DNA of 64,000 nucleotides from Eledone cirrhosa (GCA_964016885.1 OZ024740.1:204290001-204354000); one strand, 5' to 3'; shown: positions 38,146-51,614, numbered from the stretch's first letter. Numbers and translations: made by a program. Notes: generated from the letters alone by a model not told the origin.

Positions 38146-39165
38146 GCTGGTGATGGTGGTGGCGGTGAATGGCGTCAGTGATGGTGATGGTGGTGGTGGT
38201 GGATAGTGTCAGTGATGGTGATGGTGGTGGTGGATGGTGCCAGTGATGGTGATGGTGGTGGTGGTGGATGGTGTCAGTGATGGTGAAGGTGGTGGTAGTG
38301 GATGTTGTCAGTGATGGCGGTTGTGTCACTGCTAGTGATGGTGTTGGTGGTGGTAGTGGTGGATATGTCAGTGATGGTGATGGTGGTGGTGATGGATGGT
38401 GCCAGTGATGGTGGTGTTGGTGGTGAATGGTGGTGATGGTAGTGGATGGTAAAGGTGGTGGTAGTGGATGTTGTCAGTGAGGGCGGTGGTGTCACTGCTA
38501 GTGATGGTGTTGGTGGTGGTGGTGGTGGATAGTGTCAGTGATGGTGATGATGGTGGTGGTGGATGGTGCCAGTGATGGTGGTGTTGGTGGTGAATGGTGG
38601 TGGTGATGGTGGTGGATGGTGTCAGTGATGGTGAAGGTGGTGGTAGTGGATGTTGTCAGTGATGGCGGTGGTGTCACTGCTACTGATGGTGTTGGTGGTG
38701 GTGGTGGTGGTGGTGGATGGTGTCAGTGATGGTGATGGTGGTGGTGGTGGATGGTGCCAGTGATGGTGGTGGTAGTAGTGGTGGTGGTGAATGTGGTGGA
38801 TGGTGTCAGTGATGGTGATGGTGGTGGTGGTGGATGGTGCCAGTGATGGTGGTGAAGGTGGTAGATGGTGTCAGTATGGTGATGGTGGTGGTGGTGGATG
38901 GTGCCAGTGATGGTGGTGGTAGTAGTGGTGGTGGTGAATGTGGTGGATGGTGTCAGTGATGGTGATGGTGGTGGTGGTGGATGGTGTCAGTGATGGTGGT
39001 GGCAGTTGTTGTTGTTGTTGTCATTATTATTGTTGTTGTTGTTGCTGTTGCTGTTGTTGTTGCTGCTTCTGCTGCTGCCGTTGTTGTTGTTCATTTCACT
39101 GATGCTGCTGCTGCAGACAATGGTGTTGTTGCATTTGTTGTTGTTGTTGCTGTTGTTGTAGTCGC
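38146..39165. repeat. Compound GGT/GAT minisatellite (unit about ggatggtgtcagtgatggtgatggtggtggtggt) followed by (GTT/GCT)n
   Basis: Direct reading. Confidence 0.9.
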
Positions 39166-39249
39166 TGGGTTGAAATTTTGAAATTTGTTCGCTTCACGTG
39201 TGTAATATATACACATACATATAATACATACATATATATATATATATAT

Positions 39250-39657
39250 GGTGGCTGCCAACTCGTTTTCGAGTACGGCCACTACTTTATATCCATGTAG
39301 GAGAACCCCTACCGATGCGCTGAACGAATGTGACTTTAGTCCAGCCAGCGACTTGAAAACTCTGGTACAAAGACTACACTTGTGACCATTATTGACACAT
39401 AGTGCAGGGCCCATGGTACCATGTGATGACAAGTGCAGAGAGATCTCCAGATATAAAGCAATGCCTGTGCTGTGAAGCTTTTATAGTGAGCAAAGGCACT
39501 GCACAAAGCCAGTCCCACTCTCTTAACCAAAATGATATTTACCAAAAAGAAGAACAGGTCAACATCATTGGATACCATCAGGGTTGCAGGTGTCATATCA
39601 GAGTTTTCCTTCTCCTAGAATTCTGCCTTGACAAAGGCTAAGGGGTCATCTCTCCCG
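39250..39657 (-). mobile_element. Short internally deleted RTE derivative (5' UTR piece joined to 3' end)
   Basis: C2H2 CSLCTRVFKSLAGLKSH and RTE-like 3' end; the 5' piece matches the RTE 5' UTR motif at about 32191-32225. Confidence 0.6.
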
Positions 39658-40632
39658 GTATATACATGTATATATACATACACGCACATATACATATACA
39701 TATACATACATGCACATATACATACATATACATACATACATACACATACACATACATACATATATATACATACATACATATACATATACATACATACATA
39801 CATACATACATACACATATACACACATACACACACATACACATACATACATACATACATATACATACACACACATACATACATACATACATATACATACA
39901 TATACATACATACATATACATATACATACATACACACATACATACATATATATATACATACATATACATATACATACATACACACATACATACATATACA
40001 CATACATACATATACATATACATACATACATATACATACATATACACATACATACATATACACATACATACATACATATACATACACATATATACATACA
40101 TACATACATACATATACATACATACATATACACATATACACATACATACATACATATACATATATATACATACATACACACATATACATACATATATATA
40201 CATACACATACATATACATACACATATACACATACATACATATATACATACATACACATATACATATACATACATATACATATACATACATACATATACA
40301 TATACATACACATACATACATACATACATATACATACATATACACACATACACATATATACATACATATACATACATACATACACATACATACATATATA
40401 TACATACATATACATACATATATACACATATACATACATATATATACATACATACACATATACACATACATACATATATATACATACATACACACATACA
40501 CATATACATACATACATACATACATATACATACACACATATATATACATACATACATATATACAAATACATACATATACATAGATACACATATATATATA
40601 TACATACATACATATATATACATACATACATA
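39658..40632. repeat. ~1-kb degenerate (TACA/TA/CA)n microsatellite
   Basis: Direct reading; source of the spurious YV/HT ORFs. Confidence 0.95.
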
Positions 40633-41007
40633 TGGTGGCTGCCAACTCGTTTTCGAGTACGGCCACTACTTTATATCCATGTAGGAGAACCCCTACCGAT
40701 GCGCTGAACGAGTGTGACTTTTTAGTCCAGCCAGCGACTTGAAAACTCTGGTACAAACACTACACTTGTGACAATTACTGACACATAGTGCTGGGCCCAT
40801 GGTACCATGTGACGACAAGTGCAGAGAGATCTCCAGATATAAAGCAATGCCTGTGCCGTGAAGCTTTTATAGTGAGCAAAGGCACTGCACAAAGCCAGTC
40901 CCACTCTCTTAACCAAGATGATATTTACCAAGGCAGAATTCTAGGAGAAGGAAAACTCTGATATAACACCTGCAACCCTGATGGTATCCAATGATGTTGA
41001 CTTGTTC
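40633..41007 (-). mobile_element. Second copy of the short RTE derivative with its 5' ~80 bp inverted
   Basis: 40633-40931 is a direct copy of 39250-39545; 40929-41007 is the reverse complement of 39551-39629. Confidence 0.75.
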
Positions 41008-41188
41008 ATATATATATATATATACATACATACACATACATTCAACACAGACAATGGTGTTGTTGCTGTTGTTGTTGTTGTTGTTGCTGTCGCTGTTGTT
41101 GTAGTTGCTGTTGTTGTTGTAGTTGTTGCTGTGTTGAAATCTGGTCGCATCCGCTGAGGTATATATATACATACGTATATACATACAT

Positions 41189-41229
<41 letters not shown>

Positions 41230-41502
41230 ATAATAAACGGAAAAAATGAAACAAAATTTCATTTCCCACTCTTAGTACGGCTGTTACTTAAATATAAGTA
41301 TGTACACGTACATACATATATGTATACAGACGTACAGTAGTATGTATATATATATATATACATACATGCACACATATATATATGTACGCATGGATTCACC
41401 GAACATTTATTATAATGCTCGGTGTGTTTGTAAACAAACATCCCGTATTAAGCCGTAGTGTCTAGCAACTATCGTTGTCGTTTGTTCAACACTGACAAAG
41501 GA

Positions 41503-41545
41503 ACGCTGTACTAGTTTCAAGCTTATTAGCTATCGTCAGCAACGT
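41503..41545 (-). ncRNA. Canonical minimal type I hammerhead ribozyme motif
   Basis: acgttg-CTGACGA-t-agct-aata-agct-t-GAAAC-ta-GTA-cagcgt; all core residues present, 6-bp stem I, palindromic ACTAGT stem III. Confidence 0.85.
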
Positions 41546-42143
41546 ATACCTTCCTGCCAGATTGTTGAACGTATATACTTACCTTATGCATATTAACGGC
41601 TGAGTAGCCCAATTTGCATATCGAGTGGGTTAATCGGCCGGGTGCACCGAAAACGATAAACGGAAAAAATGAAACGAAATTTCATTTCCCACTCTTAGTT
41701 TATCGTTTTCGGTGCACCCTCTCTATCCATCCCTCCCACTATTATCTATTTAATTCTCTTTAACTCACTACACTCCACGACATGATGTCTGCTATCAAAA
41801 CTGACCAAAGAATCCTTCCACCTCTACCCCTACCTCCACCTCAGTTTGTCATTCTACTTCCTACCTCTTCCCCCTTCCTCTCTCTCTATACTATGCCGTC
41901 TGTCCCCTCACCTCCTGATTCCTCTCTCTCTATACTGGTAAATACAATTCCAAATAAATGTTTTTCTCTATATTTTAAGAATTATTTCAAGAGTAACTCA
42001 CTATTTTGAAAATTTGGACTGTGAACAACAATTATAATTGAGTGGCTGCTATTTGCAGTATAGCAATATAAGGTTGCACTTACCAATGAAACGGTCGTAA
42101 ATACCTGGATTAAATCCTTCTCTTAATGCTTACCTGTGTTTTC

Positions 42144-42300
<157 letters not shown>

Positions 42301-42306
42301 CGTGTG

Positions 42307-42387
<81 letters not shown>

Positions 42388-42682
42388 CAAAGGAGTTAGC
42401 AGTTTGTCAACAAGTCAGCCACCTTAATGACTTATGTGGTGGTGATGGTGGGGAGCGAGTGTAGACGTTATTGTGGTTCGGGGGGCAGTGAGATGTACAA
42501 GTTCATAGTTCACTTGTCCCTTTTCCTCTCTTTTCAAAGTTTGAATGTATGTCCATTTTTAAATGGCGGACAAGTAAGCGTAAAATGTAAATTTTTAAAT
42601 AGAGATTGCTATGGAAGAATATCTGGATTATTTCTGTAGCTTCCACAGCTTTTGTTAGAACATTTCCCGGCTTCCAATGAGC

Positions 42683-42835
42683 AAAATATTTTGTTGTATA
42701 AAATATTTTTGTTGTATAAAATATTTTTGTTGTATAAAATATTTTTGTTGTATAAAATTTTTTTGTTGTATAAAATATTTTTGTTGTATAAAATATTTTT
42801 GTTGTATAAAATATTTTTGTTGTATAAAATATTTT
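42683..42835. repeat. 18-bp tandem repeat (aaaatatttttgttgtat), about 8 units
   Basis: Direct reading. Confidence 0.93.
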
Positions 42836-43295
42836 GCGACATCTAGTTACGGCTTTTAAATTCTAATCCTGCCGAGGTCAACTTTGCCTTTCATCTTTAC
42901 GGGGCTGATAATATAAAGTACCAGTAGATTTAATCGACTTCTCCTTCCTCCGAAACTGTTGGCCTTGTGCCTAAACCAGAAGCCATTATCAGGGTGATGC
43001 ATACTGGCACTCCGTCGGTTACGACGACGGGTGTTCCAGTTGATCCGATGAACACAACAACCGGCTATATATATATGATATCAATAATATTAATAAATGG
43101 AAAATATCTTTACAAAACCATATTTATTTATAAAATAAATTATTTTATAAAATAAAATAAATATGGTTTTATAAAGATTGTTTCCATTTATTAATATTAT
43201 TGATATTAATGATACTCAGGATAAAACACCGTTGAGTGCTTCTAATCTGTTGTAAATTAACTTTGTTGAATAATCAACAAACCATATCACTCATT

Positions 43296-43360
<65 letters not shown>

Positions 43361-43476
43361 GGCATACGTCAAAACGGCCGGTCACAAAAGTGAAACTAAA
43401 TTTTGACAGTTACGTACGTCAATATATATATATATATCGAAACGGCTTGAGCTCAGCCGTCGGGGTCCTACTCGTT

Positions 43477-43520
<44 letters not shown>

Positions 43521-43941
43521 TAAGCATGTATACAAACGTGTGTATGCATATTGTCAATTCAAATGAATTTTAACTTTACTACAACCAAACTGGACATAAT
43601 ATATATATAAACATAAATACATATATATGTATGCGTCTATCTATAGAAATGTTTACGTGTGTTCTTTGACTATGACTAAGATGGAGCACTGACTTTACAG
43701 CTGTGCCCTATAGATGTGTATATATATATATGCGTGTGTGTGTGTGTGTGTTTGCATGCACCCACACACAGGGTACATGTGTCTCGGTTTATGTTCGTAT
43801 AGAGGGAGTGCATATATATATAGAGAGAGAGAAAGAGAGAAAGGGGTATGTATACCCTCCCCCATATACATTTATGTATATAAGCAGAGAGAATGTGAAT
43901 CCCCGAATACATTTATACATGTGTGTAAATATATATATATA

Positions 43942-44016
<75 letters not shown>

Positions 44017-44266
44017 CGTCAGAAGGAGATTTGTATTCATTCCTTTTTTGATAAATTTGTTTCTTTCGTAAATCATATTTATTATAGAACTTGTTTATAT
44101 GTAAATAAACTTTATCATTTGTACATTATATTTACATATATATATATATATGTGTGAGCCCTGTTGTAAAAAAACAAACAAATTCACAATCCAAATTGAA
44201 AGTAATGACGTACGTAACTGTCAAAAATTAGTTTCACTTTTGCGACCGGCCGTTTTGACTTATGCC
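43361..44266. mobile_element. MITE-like element with ~61-bp inverted termini embedded in (TA)n
   Basis: 43361-43421 is the reverse complement of 44206-44266 (about 3 mismatches). Confidence 0.7.
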
Positions 44267-44303
44267 GTATATATATATATGTATATATATATATGTATAT
44301 ATT

Positions 44304-44340
<37 letters not shown>

Positions 44341-45103
44341 GTGTTTGTATTAATTTAATGAACCAGACAAATAGAATTCGTCCGAGATCGCCGTTTGCCA
44401 CTCCATGATTTTACAGAACTGGTATTTTGTAAATACAAATCCGTATATCAGAGTACGCACTATGAGTTGGTTAGTGATACAAACGGTGTTGTGTGGGAAC
44501 ACAATTCATTTTCGGCCCCGGACCACGTGGTTTCATTACTGCACCCCACACGTGGAGTGTGCATATGCAAAACTCCATGTGCAGAAGCTACGTGTTATTC
44601 CAAAAACGTCCAGAGTATTCACGCAGCTAGGACTGGTGGAGAAAATTATCAACGGAGTTTAGTCCTAATATTCTATCGAGGCGATGGCAGAAATGACTGA
44701 ACGTAAAAATCCAAGACAACAGCAGCAGCACGTGATCTTCCCAAGAGGAAGGCAATATATATATGGATTGAGGGGGCGAGGCTATGTGGTTACTGATAAT
44801 GAGTGGTAGAAGGTAAGGCAATACAAACAAGAGATGGACAGTTTCCCTTCGTCAGTTGTCTACTACGGATCACGGATGTTTCGGGCATTATAAACAATAC
44901 ATCTATCCGTAGCGCACCCATGGCCTTTTATCTATCAAAAAGCCATGAGGGAAAGAAGCGGTAGCGAAGAGAGAGAAATAAAGAAAAAAAGAGAGAAGAA
45001 AAAAAAGGAAGAAAAAAAGGAAAATTATTTAGATACCAATATTGAAAGAAGTAATATGTCTATTGTGACGAGTGTTTCAATAAGAATAAGAATGTTCGTG
45101 TTG

Positions 45104-45210
<107 letters not shown>

Positions 45211-45553
45211 GGTTAAACAGAAATAGCAAAACAGATGACACAGTACAAAGAACAAATATATTAGTTTAACGCTTGAAATAATAGGAAAAGAGTCTTAAAG
45301 TTTCGGACGTATATATATATCTGTTTTCAAAGGTTTTTGATATGAAATCGTGTGTTGAAACAAATATTGTTATACTTGGGGAGGGTCAAATTGTTATAAT
45401 ATTGCCAGAAATAATAAAAGAGCACACTCACTGTTTGGTTGGTTTTCGCTTCTGTATCTTTTATATCTCCATAGTTAATTTATTTAGCAATCAATGTTTA
45501 TCATTGATTGACCAGCGGTTAAAAATACAGATATAAATATATATATATAGTCT

Positions 45554-45595
45554 GTCAAAGTTCTTTCGTCGCACATCTGCAACATCATCAGTGGT
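45554..45595 (-). ncRNA. Hammerhead-like motif (GAAAG...CUU variant, weak stem I)
   Basis: acca-CTGATGA-t-gttgca-gatg-tgcgac-GAAAG-aa-CTT-tgac. Confidence 0.55.
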
Positions 45596-45793
45596 ACTAT
45601 TATGTTTCCTCCTATTGTATTGTATTGTACTGTAATATCTACGCCATTTTTCATTTTAAAATGGCGTAGACATTACAGTACAATACAACAGATAGACTAT
45701 ATATATATATTTATATCTGTATTTTCAACCGTTGGTCAATTTTAGAAAATAGTATATATTTTCACTAGCTCTGACAGTTGGCAGGTGAACAGT

Positions 45794-45843
45794 GAGCTGT
45801 ACTGATGAAGGGTGATACCCAGAAGCATTAGTGTCTGCAGTTC
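45794..45843 (+). ncRNA. Type I hammerhead motif with one core substitution (GAAG for GAAA)
   Basis: gagctgta-CTGATGA-a-gggt-gat-accc-a-GAAG-ca-ttag-t-GTC-tgcagttc; 8-bp stem I. Confidence 0.75.
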
Positions 45844-46049
45844 TGTTTACATGCCAACACAAGAGCAAGAATGAGGGGTTTATTCTACTGATATGGCTTT
45901 AAAAATTAGGCTTGTTTGCATAATTGCAAACGAATCGAATGTTATTATTAGTATTCGAAAATCTCAGATTAGATTTATATATATATATATATATATAAGA
46001 AAGTAAGTCCATAGAATCATTTGATAAAATATATACAGTATTTCTCCTC

Positions 46050-47103
46050 GAGTAAAACTTTAGGCAGTATTCGGCTGCACTTTCTAACAACAAGCCTACT
46101 CGCTGTCAGGCACTAATGACAAGCTTTCTGACTTGACCACTGGCTGTGTGACAATTCTTAGCCATTTTGAATTCGTTTCTGGCGGGATCATTTAAAAAAA
46201 ATCTTTGTCCAATTGAGTTTGTTTCCTGATGATTTCGAAACTCGTTGATTTATCCATGATCGGATATTTCCAAAAAGCGAATGAAACCCCATGGGGTAGA
46301 AACAATTTTGGTATGTTTATGTACATATATTTTCTTCTAACTTTGATTTTGTACCTAATTGTGTATGGTTAGCTATATGTCTAGTCAATTTCTACGGGTT
46401 ATTAGAAATGCTAGGTAAATCTTCTGTGGCTGTGGATCGCGGATAAAATAACTATCATTTATTTATCTATTGTTTCTTCATAGGTACATTTTAAACTTAT
46501 AGACTCGTTTAATTGATTTTTTATGTGGTTGATTATGCTGATTGGAAGGAGAAATACTGTATATATTTTATCAAATGATTCTATGGACTTACTTTCTTAT
46601 ATATTGCTCTGATTGTTGATTATTTAATTAATTAATTCGTCATTGAGTCACACCGTGAATGGTTGCCAAAAACACACATACATATCTATCTATCTATGGC
46701 TCTGTCTAGTTTATGTATATGTAAACCTCTATATTTTATATACTCCCGTAAGGTTGAGTAAAACTTTAGGCAGTATTCGGCTGCGCTTTCTAGCAACCAG
46801 CCTACTCGCCGTCAGGCACCAATTACAAGCTTTCTGACTTGACCACTGGTCATATGACAATTCTTAGCCATTTTGAATTCGTTTCTGGCGGGGATCATTT
46901 AAGAAAAATCTTTGTCCAATTAAGTTTGTTTCCTGATGATTTCGAAACTCGTTGATTTATCCATGATCGAATATTTCCAAAATGTGAATGAAACCTCATG
47001 GGGTAGAAACATAATTTTGGTATGTTTATGTACATTTTTTCTTCTAACTTTTATTTTGTACCTAATTGTGTATGGTTAGCTATATGTCTAGTCAATTTCT
47101 ACG
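46050..47103. repeat. ~345-bp direct repeat (46050-46396 and 46756-47103)
   Basis: High identity by eye. Confidence 0.85.
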
Positions 47104-47117
47104 ACGGCGATGAATTT

Positions 47118-48360
47118 GTTTCGCAAGGTTTTTATATGAAATCGGGTGTTGGAACAAATATTGTTATATTTGGGGAGGGTCATATTGTTATAATATTAAT
47201 AAATATAATAATAATAAAACACACTCACTGTTTGGTTTAGATTGAGTTTTGCTTATGTATATTTTATATCTCCATAGTTAATTTAGCTGCACTCAATGTT
47301 TATCATCGATTGACCAACAGTTAAAAATATAAATATAAATATATATATCTAGTCTATCAAAGTTCTTTCATCACACATCTGTGACATCAGTGATTCTATT
47401 ATATTTCCTCCCGTTGTATTGTAATGTCTATTCTATTATTTATTCATTCATTTATTTATTCTTGTGTCTGTTTGCGCATGCGTTTGTGTGTGTGTTGTCT
47501 GTTTGGTGTGTGTTCGTGTCTGAGTCTCTGTGTGTGTTGCATTCTATCTTTGCTCACAAGTGTGTGTTTATGTGTGGTTGTTGTTATTGTACCTGTGTAT
47601 ATTTATTTATATTTATCTTAGGTCACTATTGTGTGTTTGTGTATGGTTGTTGTTATTCCATTCATGTCTTCTGTTCAACTTCGGTTTTCTTAGTTCTGTT
47701 TCAGTTGCTTCTCTAATTTGTCTACCTGTTGAGTCATTTCAATGTTTAGATATTATTTTAATTTCTATGTTTAATTTCTATTTCTATATTACCATCATGT
47801 CTTCATCTGGTGTGTTCATATAGTACCGAACCGTCTTTTTGGCCGTTTAGTTCCCCTAATGTTGGTCTATTCCCTCCCCTATGCTCCGAGCTGTCTCTCC
47901 TATGAATGTCGTTGTCATGTTTCTGCATGTACATCTTATGCTATAGATTACATTTCTAGTTTTACAATTTATTTGTGGCTTTATTCTACATATAACACAT
48001 TTCTTATTAGTACAGTGGGTTTTCTTAAAGGGGTAAGTTTTGCTGATCAGGGATTTTATGGTAGTTCCTGGCTTTTCTACCACTGTAATCTTTAAATGGG
48101 TCTTTCTTAGGGCCTTTCTAAATTCGTTAGCTAATTCACCTCTGGGGGTTGCATCCACGAACATGACACTCTGGTATCTCTGGTATCTCTGGCTGTCGTA
48201 CCATGAAGTGGCTTTCCCTATCTTATGTTTAGTCATATCTATGCTATTCCATCATTTGCTCCTGTACAATGGGCAAATCCCTTTCATGTCCATCTCTATG
48301 AGGGTCTTATATTTCTCCGTGGCTCCTTTGTACGCCCTGATTATGTCTCTTTGGTTGTGG
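47118..48360 (-). mobile_element. Penelope-like element 3' part (GIY-YIG fragment and 3' region with a degenerate hammerhead at 47356-47394)
   Basis: VMFVDATP.GELA ... C...C..C ... NVIYSIRC.C ... FIGETARS; 47118-47430 is duplicated at 45322-45640. Confidence 0.72.
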
Positions 48361-48363
48361 CCA

Positions 48364-48405
<42 letters not shown>

Positions 48406-48550
48406 ATTGAATGGATCCGATCTTATGATTAGTTTATTTAGTCATATAAACTAGAATAATGAAAAATATAATCGAAGTGATTCCTTTGTTTGTCAAACAT
48501 TGCTGAGATTTATAACTTTGTCTTTTAAATATGTTTTTTTCTCCCGCAAG

Positions 48551-48689
48551 TTGAAATTCGGCTTGGTGGTGGAAAATCTCCAAATGAAGGAAGAGTGGAA
48601 ATCTTACATGACGCTGTTTGGGGAACAGTTTGTGATAAGAGCTGGAATGATGAAGCAGCTTCAGTCATTTGTAGAAGCTTAGGTTATAA
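48551..48689 (+). CDS. SRCR gene exon (N-terminal half)
   Basis: gcaag| phase 1 EIRLGGGKSPNEGRVEILHDAVWGTVCDKSWNDEAASVICRSLGY |gtaagt phase 2; classic SRCR signature, absent from the ORF track in this frame. Confidence 0.95.
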
Positions 48690-48959
48690 GTAAGTATGAC
48701 TGAAATTCTAATTAATTGGTGAAAACCATTTTTTATAATTTTGAGATTAATTAAAATTTTACCTGATGGGATAAAATCGTTCATCCAGTTTGAAAAAAAA
48801 ATGGACAGAGAAAATAATGAGTATTTATGTTACTTGTACAGACATCAACATCGATTTCAAAATGTGACTTACATGTATTGTGAAGATAATTCAAACCACG
48901 CATGACTCTCTTTTTATTTATTATCTGTTCAAATATATAAAATTCCTAAATAAATGTAT

Positions 48960-49345
48960 TTTCAAGATAAGTATAATAAAAAAAATATGATAATATAATG
49001 CTTACAGAACACAAACATAAATGATATATACGAATATAAACGCAAAAAGAGAGATAAAAAACATTTTAAAAAAGAAGAAAAAAGGTGGGGGAATTCATCA
49101 CCAAGTGCGACACTCGGCTGCAACATCACATCATAAGGGTTAACTAAACACTTCGAGACAAGCCAACACTCTCGCAGCATTGCCACGGGTGATGGCGAGG
49201 CTAAGGCACTGAAACAACCTGGTACCCTCACGGGAATAAACTGTCACCTCAGTAAGGCGAGCCGCCAGTGAGGACAGGAACCTCGATGTCAGCGGCCCAA
49301 CTCCACCAAAGATCTCGGACGCCACAGGCTGCTTTTCTTCTTTCA
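48960..49345 (-). mobile_element. CRE-like RLE retrotransposon 3' fragment (second family)
   Basis: PVASEIFGGVGP..SRFLSSLAARL...RLFQCLSLAITRGNAARVL. Confidence 0.75.
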
Positions 49346-50039
49346 ATTGTTTCAATTAATGGACTCCAGTCATACTCTTGTTCTTTCATTTGGGTTTTTT
49401 ATTCGATCACAGCAGGCCCAGTACTGGTCCTTATTTTATCGTTCGACATTTTACTACTTTGAGTTAGCATCTCACTGGTCAACTTTGCTTTTATGATTTA
49501 AGGGTCGAGAAATAGAGTACCAATTTAGGGCAGTAGATTGGCAGATTTGTTAAAACGTTTGATGAGGGACCTTACAGTATCTGTTCCAGACCTCTGAGTT
49601 CTAAATTCAAATCTCGCCGAAGTGCCGATAATCAGAGATAACCATCTGACAGGCCAGCCATGTTAGCATGCTTCGTTAAGTGAACAACAGCAAGCTAATG
49701 TTTCCACCTAGCTGTCGGACAATAATGGCTGAATGGAGATGAAATTATTTCATCAAATAACTAAGATACCATTTTGTTTTTCCAGATTTATTTCATGCCA
49801 TGCCAAATACATAAACACATATATATTCATACCTGTACACAAACAGTACATGATTTAATAGAAGCCGCAAGAAATAATTATATGAACACACATTTATATA
49901 TGTGTATTGCGTGTATGTATAGACCCGTAAAAACTGACGGGGCCAATTCCTTTTCCAGGTCTGAACACAGCTGATTACTTCCAGAGAAGGAGACAGAGTG
50001 TGTGTGTGTGATGGAGAGGAAGTGAGAAAGTAATATAGA

Positions 50040-50195
50040 TGAAGAATCGACTCCTGAATTGGTGCTTTTTATCGACCTTAAATGGATGAAAGGCAAAGTT
50101 GACCCCGGTGTGATTTGAACTCAGAGTGCAGAGAGCTGGGTCGAATATAGCAAAACACTCATTCCGAAGTTCGCACGATTCTGCCAATTCCCCGT
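50040..50195 (-). mobile_element. SINE family 1, diverged
   Basis: Reverse-strand aattggcagaatcg ... gagttcaaatc ... cctttcatcc. Confidence 0.75.
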
Positions 50196-50279
50196 CTGTT
50201 TTGTATATGTAAACATGTCTTACGTATTTACATAGAAATTTCACACTTTCATAAATGAATAACTACATGAATGTGTATT

Positions 50280-50575
50280 TAGAAAAACACTACAAATATT
50301 TACAAACAGAAAAGGAAGGGAAAAGTAAGGGCTCTAGGGCCACAGAAGAATGGGATAGGGAAGGGGGTGATGTGCTCTGGGCCTAGGGCGCGGCGGTGTT
50401 GGAGCAACGCCACGCGGACAAGATCGGAAAATCATTTCCTCGGAAAATGTCCGACGATATCCGCTGCAACAGCCACCCCACCTCGCGGGGTTCCTTCCTC
50501 AGACGGGCTGCTGACGTTCCGATCTTGCGGAGGAGCTCGGCAATACGGAGTCCGAGTATGCCTGAGGTCTCGACT
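50280..50575 (-). mobile_element. CRE-like 3' fragment, same family as 60115-60600
   Basis: Reverse complement matches 60230-60520. Confidence 0.7.
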
Positions 50576-51436
50576 ATAGGGATAATCGAGTAAAGTACCA
50601 GTCGAGAGTTGTGACATTACTAGTGCTAAGTTCTATTGGCATTTGCCTTTTCTTTCGACAACGTCGGTGGCGAGGAGAGAGGAGACTAGTTTCAGGGGCG
50701 ACTGCTGGTCTTCCACGAAAACACCTTGTTCGGGCTTGTACCTCTGAAAAGGAACTTTCCAGGTGAAAATTCCAAAGTCATTCGTGACCGAAGGGGTCTT
50801 TTACCTTAATATTGGTGACTGGATAGTGTATTGTTTAGAAAAATGAACATAACAATTTCATGCACAAATTGAACTTTCGATACTTTTATGCTTTCGAATT
50901 TTAATACTGCTCGCTGTCAACATGTTTATTGCGAAAATACTCATGGGGTTGTGCTGATTCTAAAAATGTAGAATGCGTTTTGGTAGACCCAGTAGGGCCC
51001 CGGGTTGTTTTCCTGACAGACACACATGAATTAACTTTTACTATTTTCTAACATATGTATAACATGTTCAAATAATCTGTTTAAACGAAGTTAAAATATT
51101 CCCATACTAGTTGTACAAGTGGTGGCCCTAGTGCTAAGGACAAAAGAAGTCTCGACATAGAGTTGGCTACCCTCAAGTGTGAGCCTCGTGAGCTGGAATG
51201 GCTCTTCCAGCCCGTTTCCCTCACCGTCCTCCAGGGAAACGCCTTCTCTATTCTGTCCGCCGAGGCCGTGGGGCGGACAATGTGTGGGCTTCCATTTACT
51301 CACAATAGTGAGAGATGGGAATAACGAGAAAGACGGAGGCAGTGACTGTGGGAGTTTCCTTTGTGACCTGGTGTATATGTTTATATATAATTGTACATTT
51401 GTTTCTTTTGATTCATTTGTTTCTTTTGTTATATAG

Positions 51437-51609
51437 CCAAGGTGTCTCATACGGTAGCTGGAAGTTTGGTCAAGGAAGGGGTCACATATGGTTTGATGAA
51501 ATTAACTGTAATGGTGATGAATCTTTCATTGATCACTGTACGAAGACAACCTGGACTGATATAATGGCTTGTAATCATTCACATGATGCGGGTGTCATCT
51601 GTTTGGAAA
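51437..51609 (+). CDS. SRCR gene exon (C-terminal half)
   Basis: atatag| phase 2 QGVSYGSWKFGQGRGHIWFDEINCNGDESFIDHCTKTTWTDIMACNHSHDAGVICLE |gtaagt phase 1. Confidence 0.95.
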
Positions 51610-51614
51610 GTAAG

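Noticed and set aside
39615-40756. Six long ORFs (305-372 aa) rich in Y/V/C/M or H/T/Y/I
   Set aside because: Translations of a stop-free (TACA/TA/CA)n microsatellite
42683-42835. CRISPR-like array
   Set aside because: Head-to-tail 18-mers without unique spacers, in eukaryotic context with no cas genes
46226-46250. CTGATGA-tttc-GAAAC hammerhead-like string (also at about 46933)
   Set aside because: No stem II and only a 2-bp stem I
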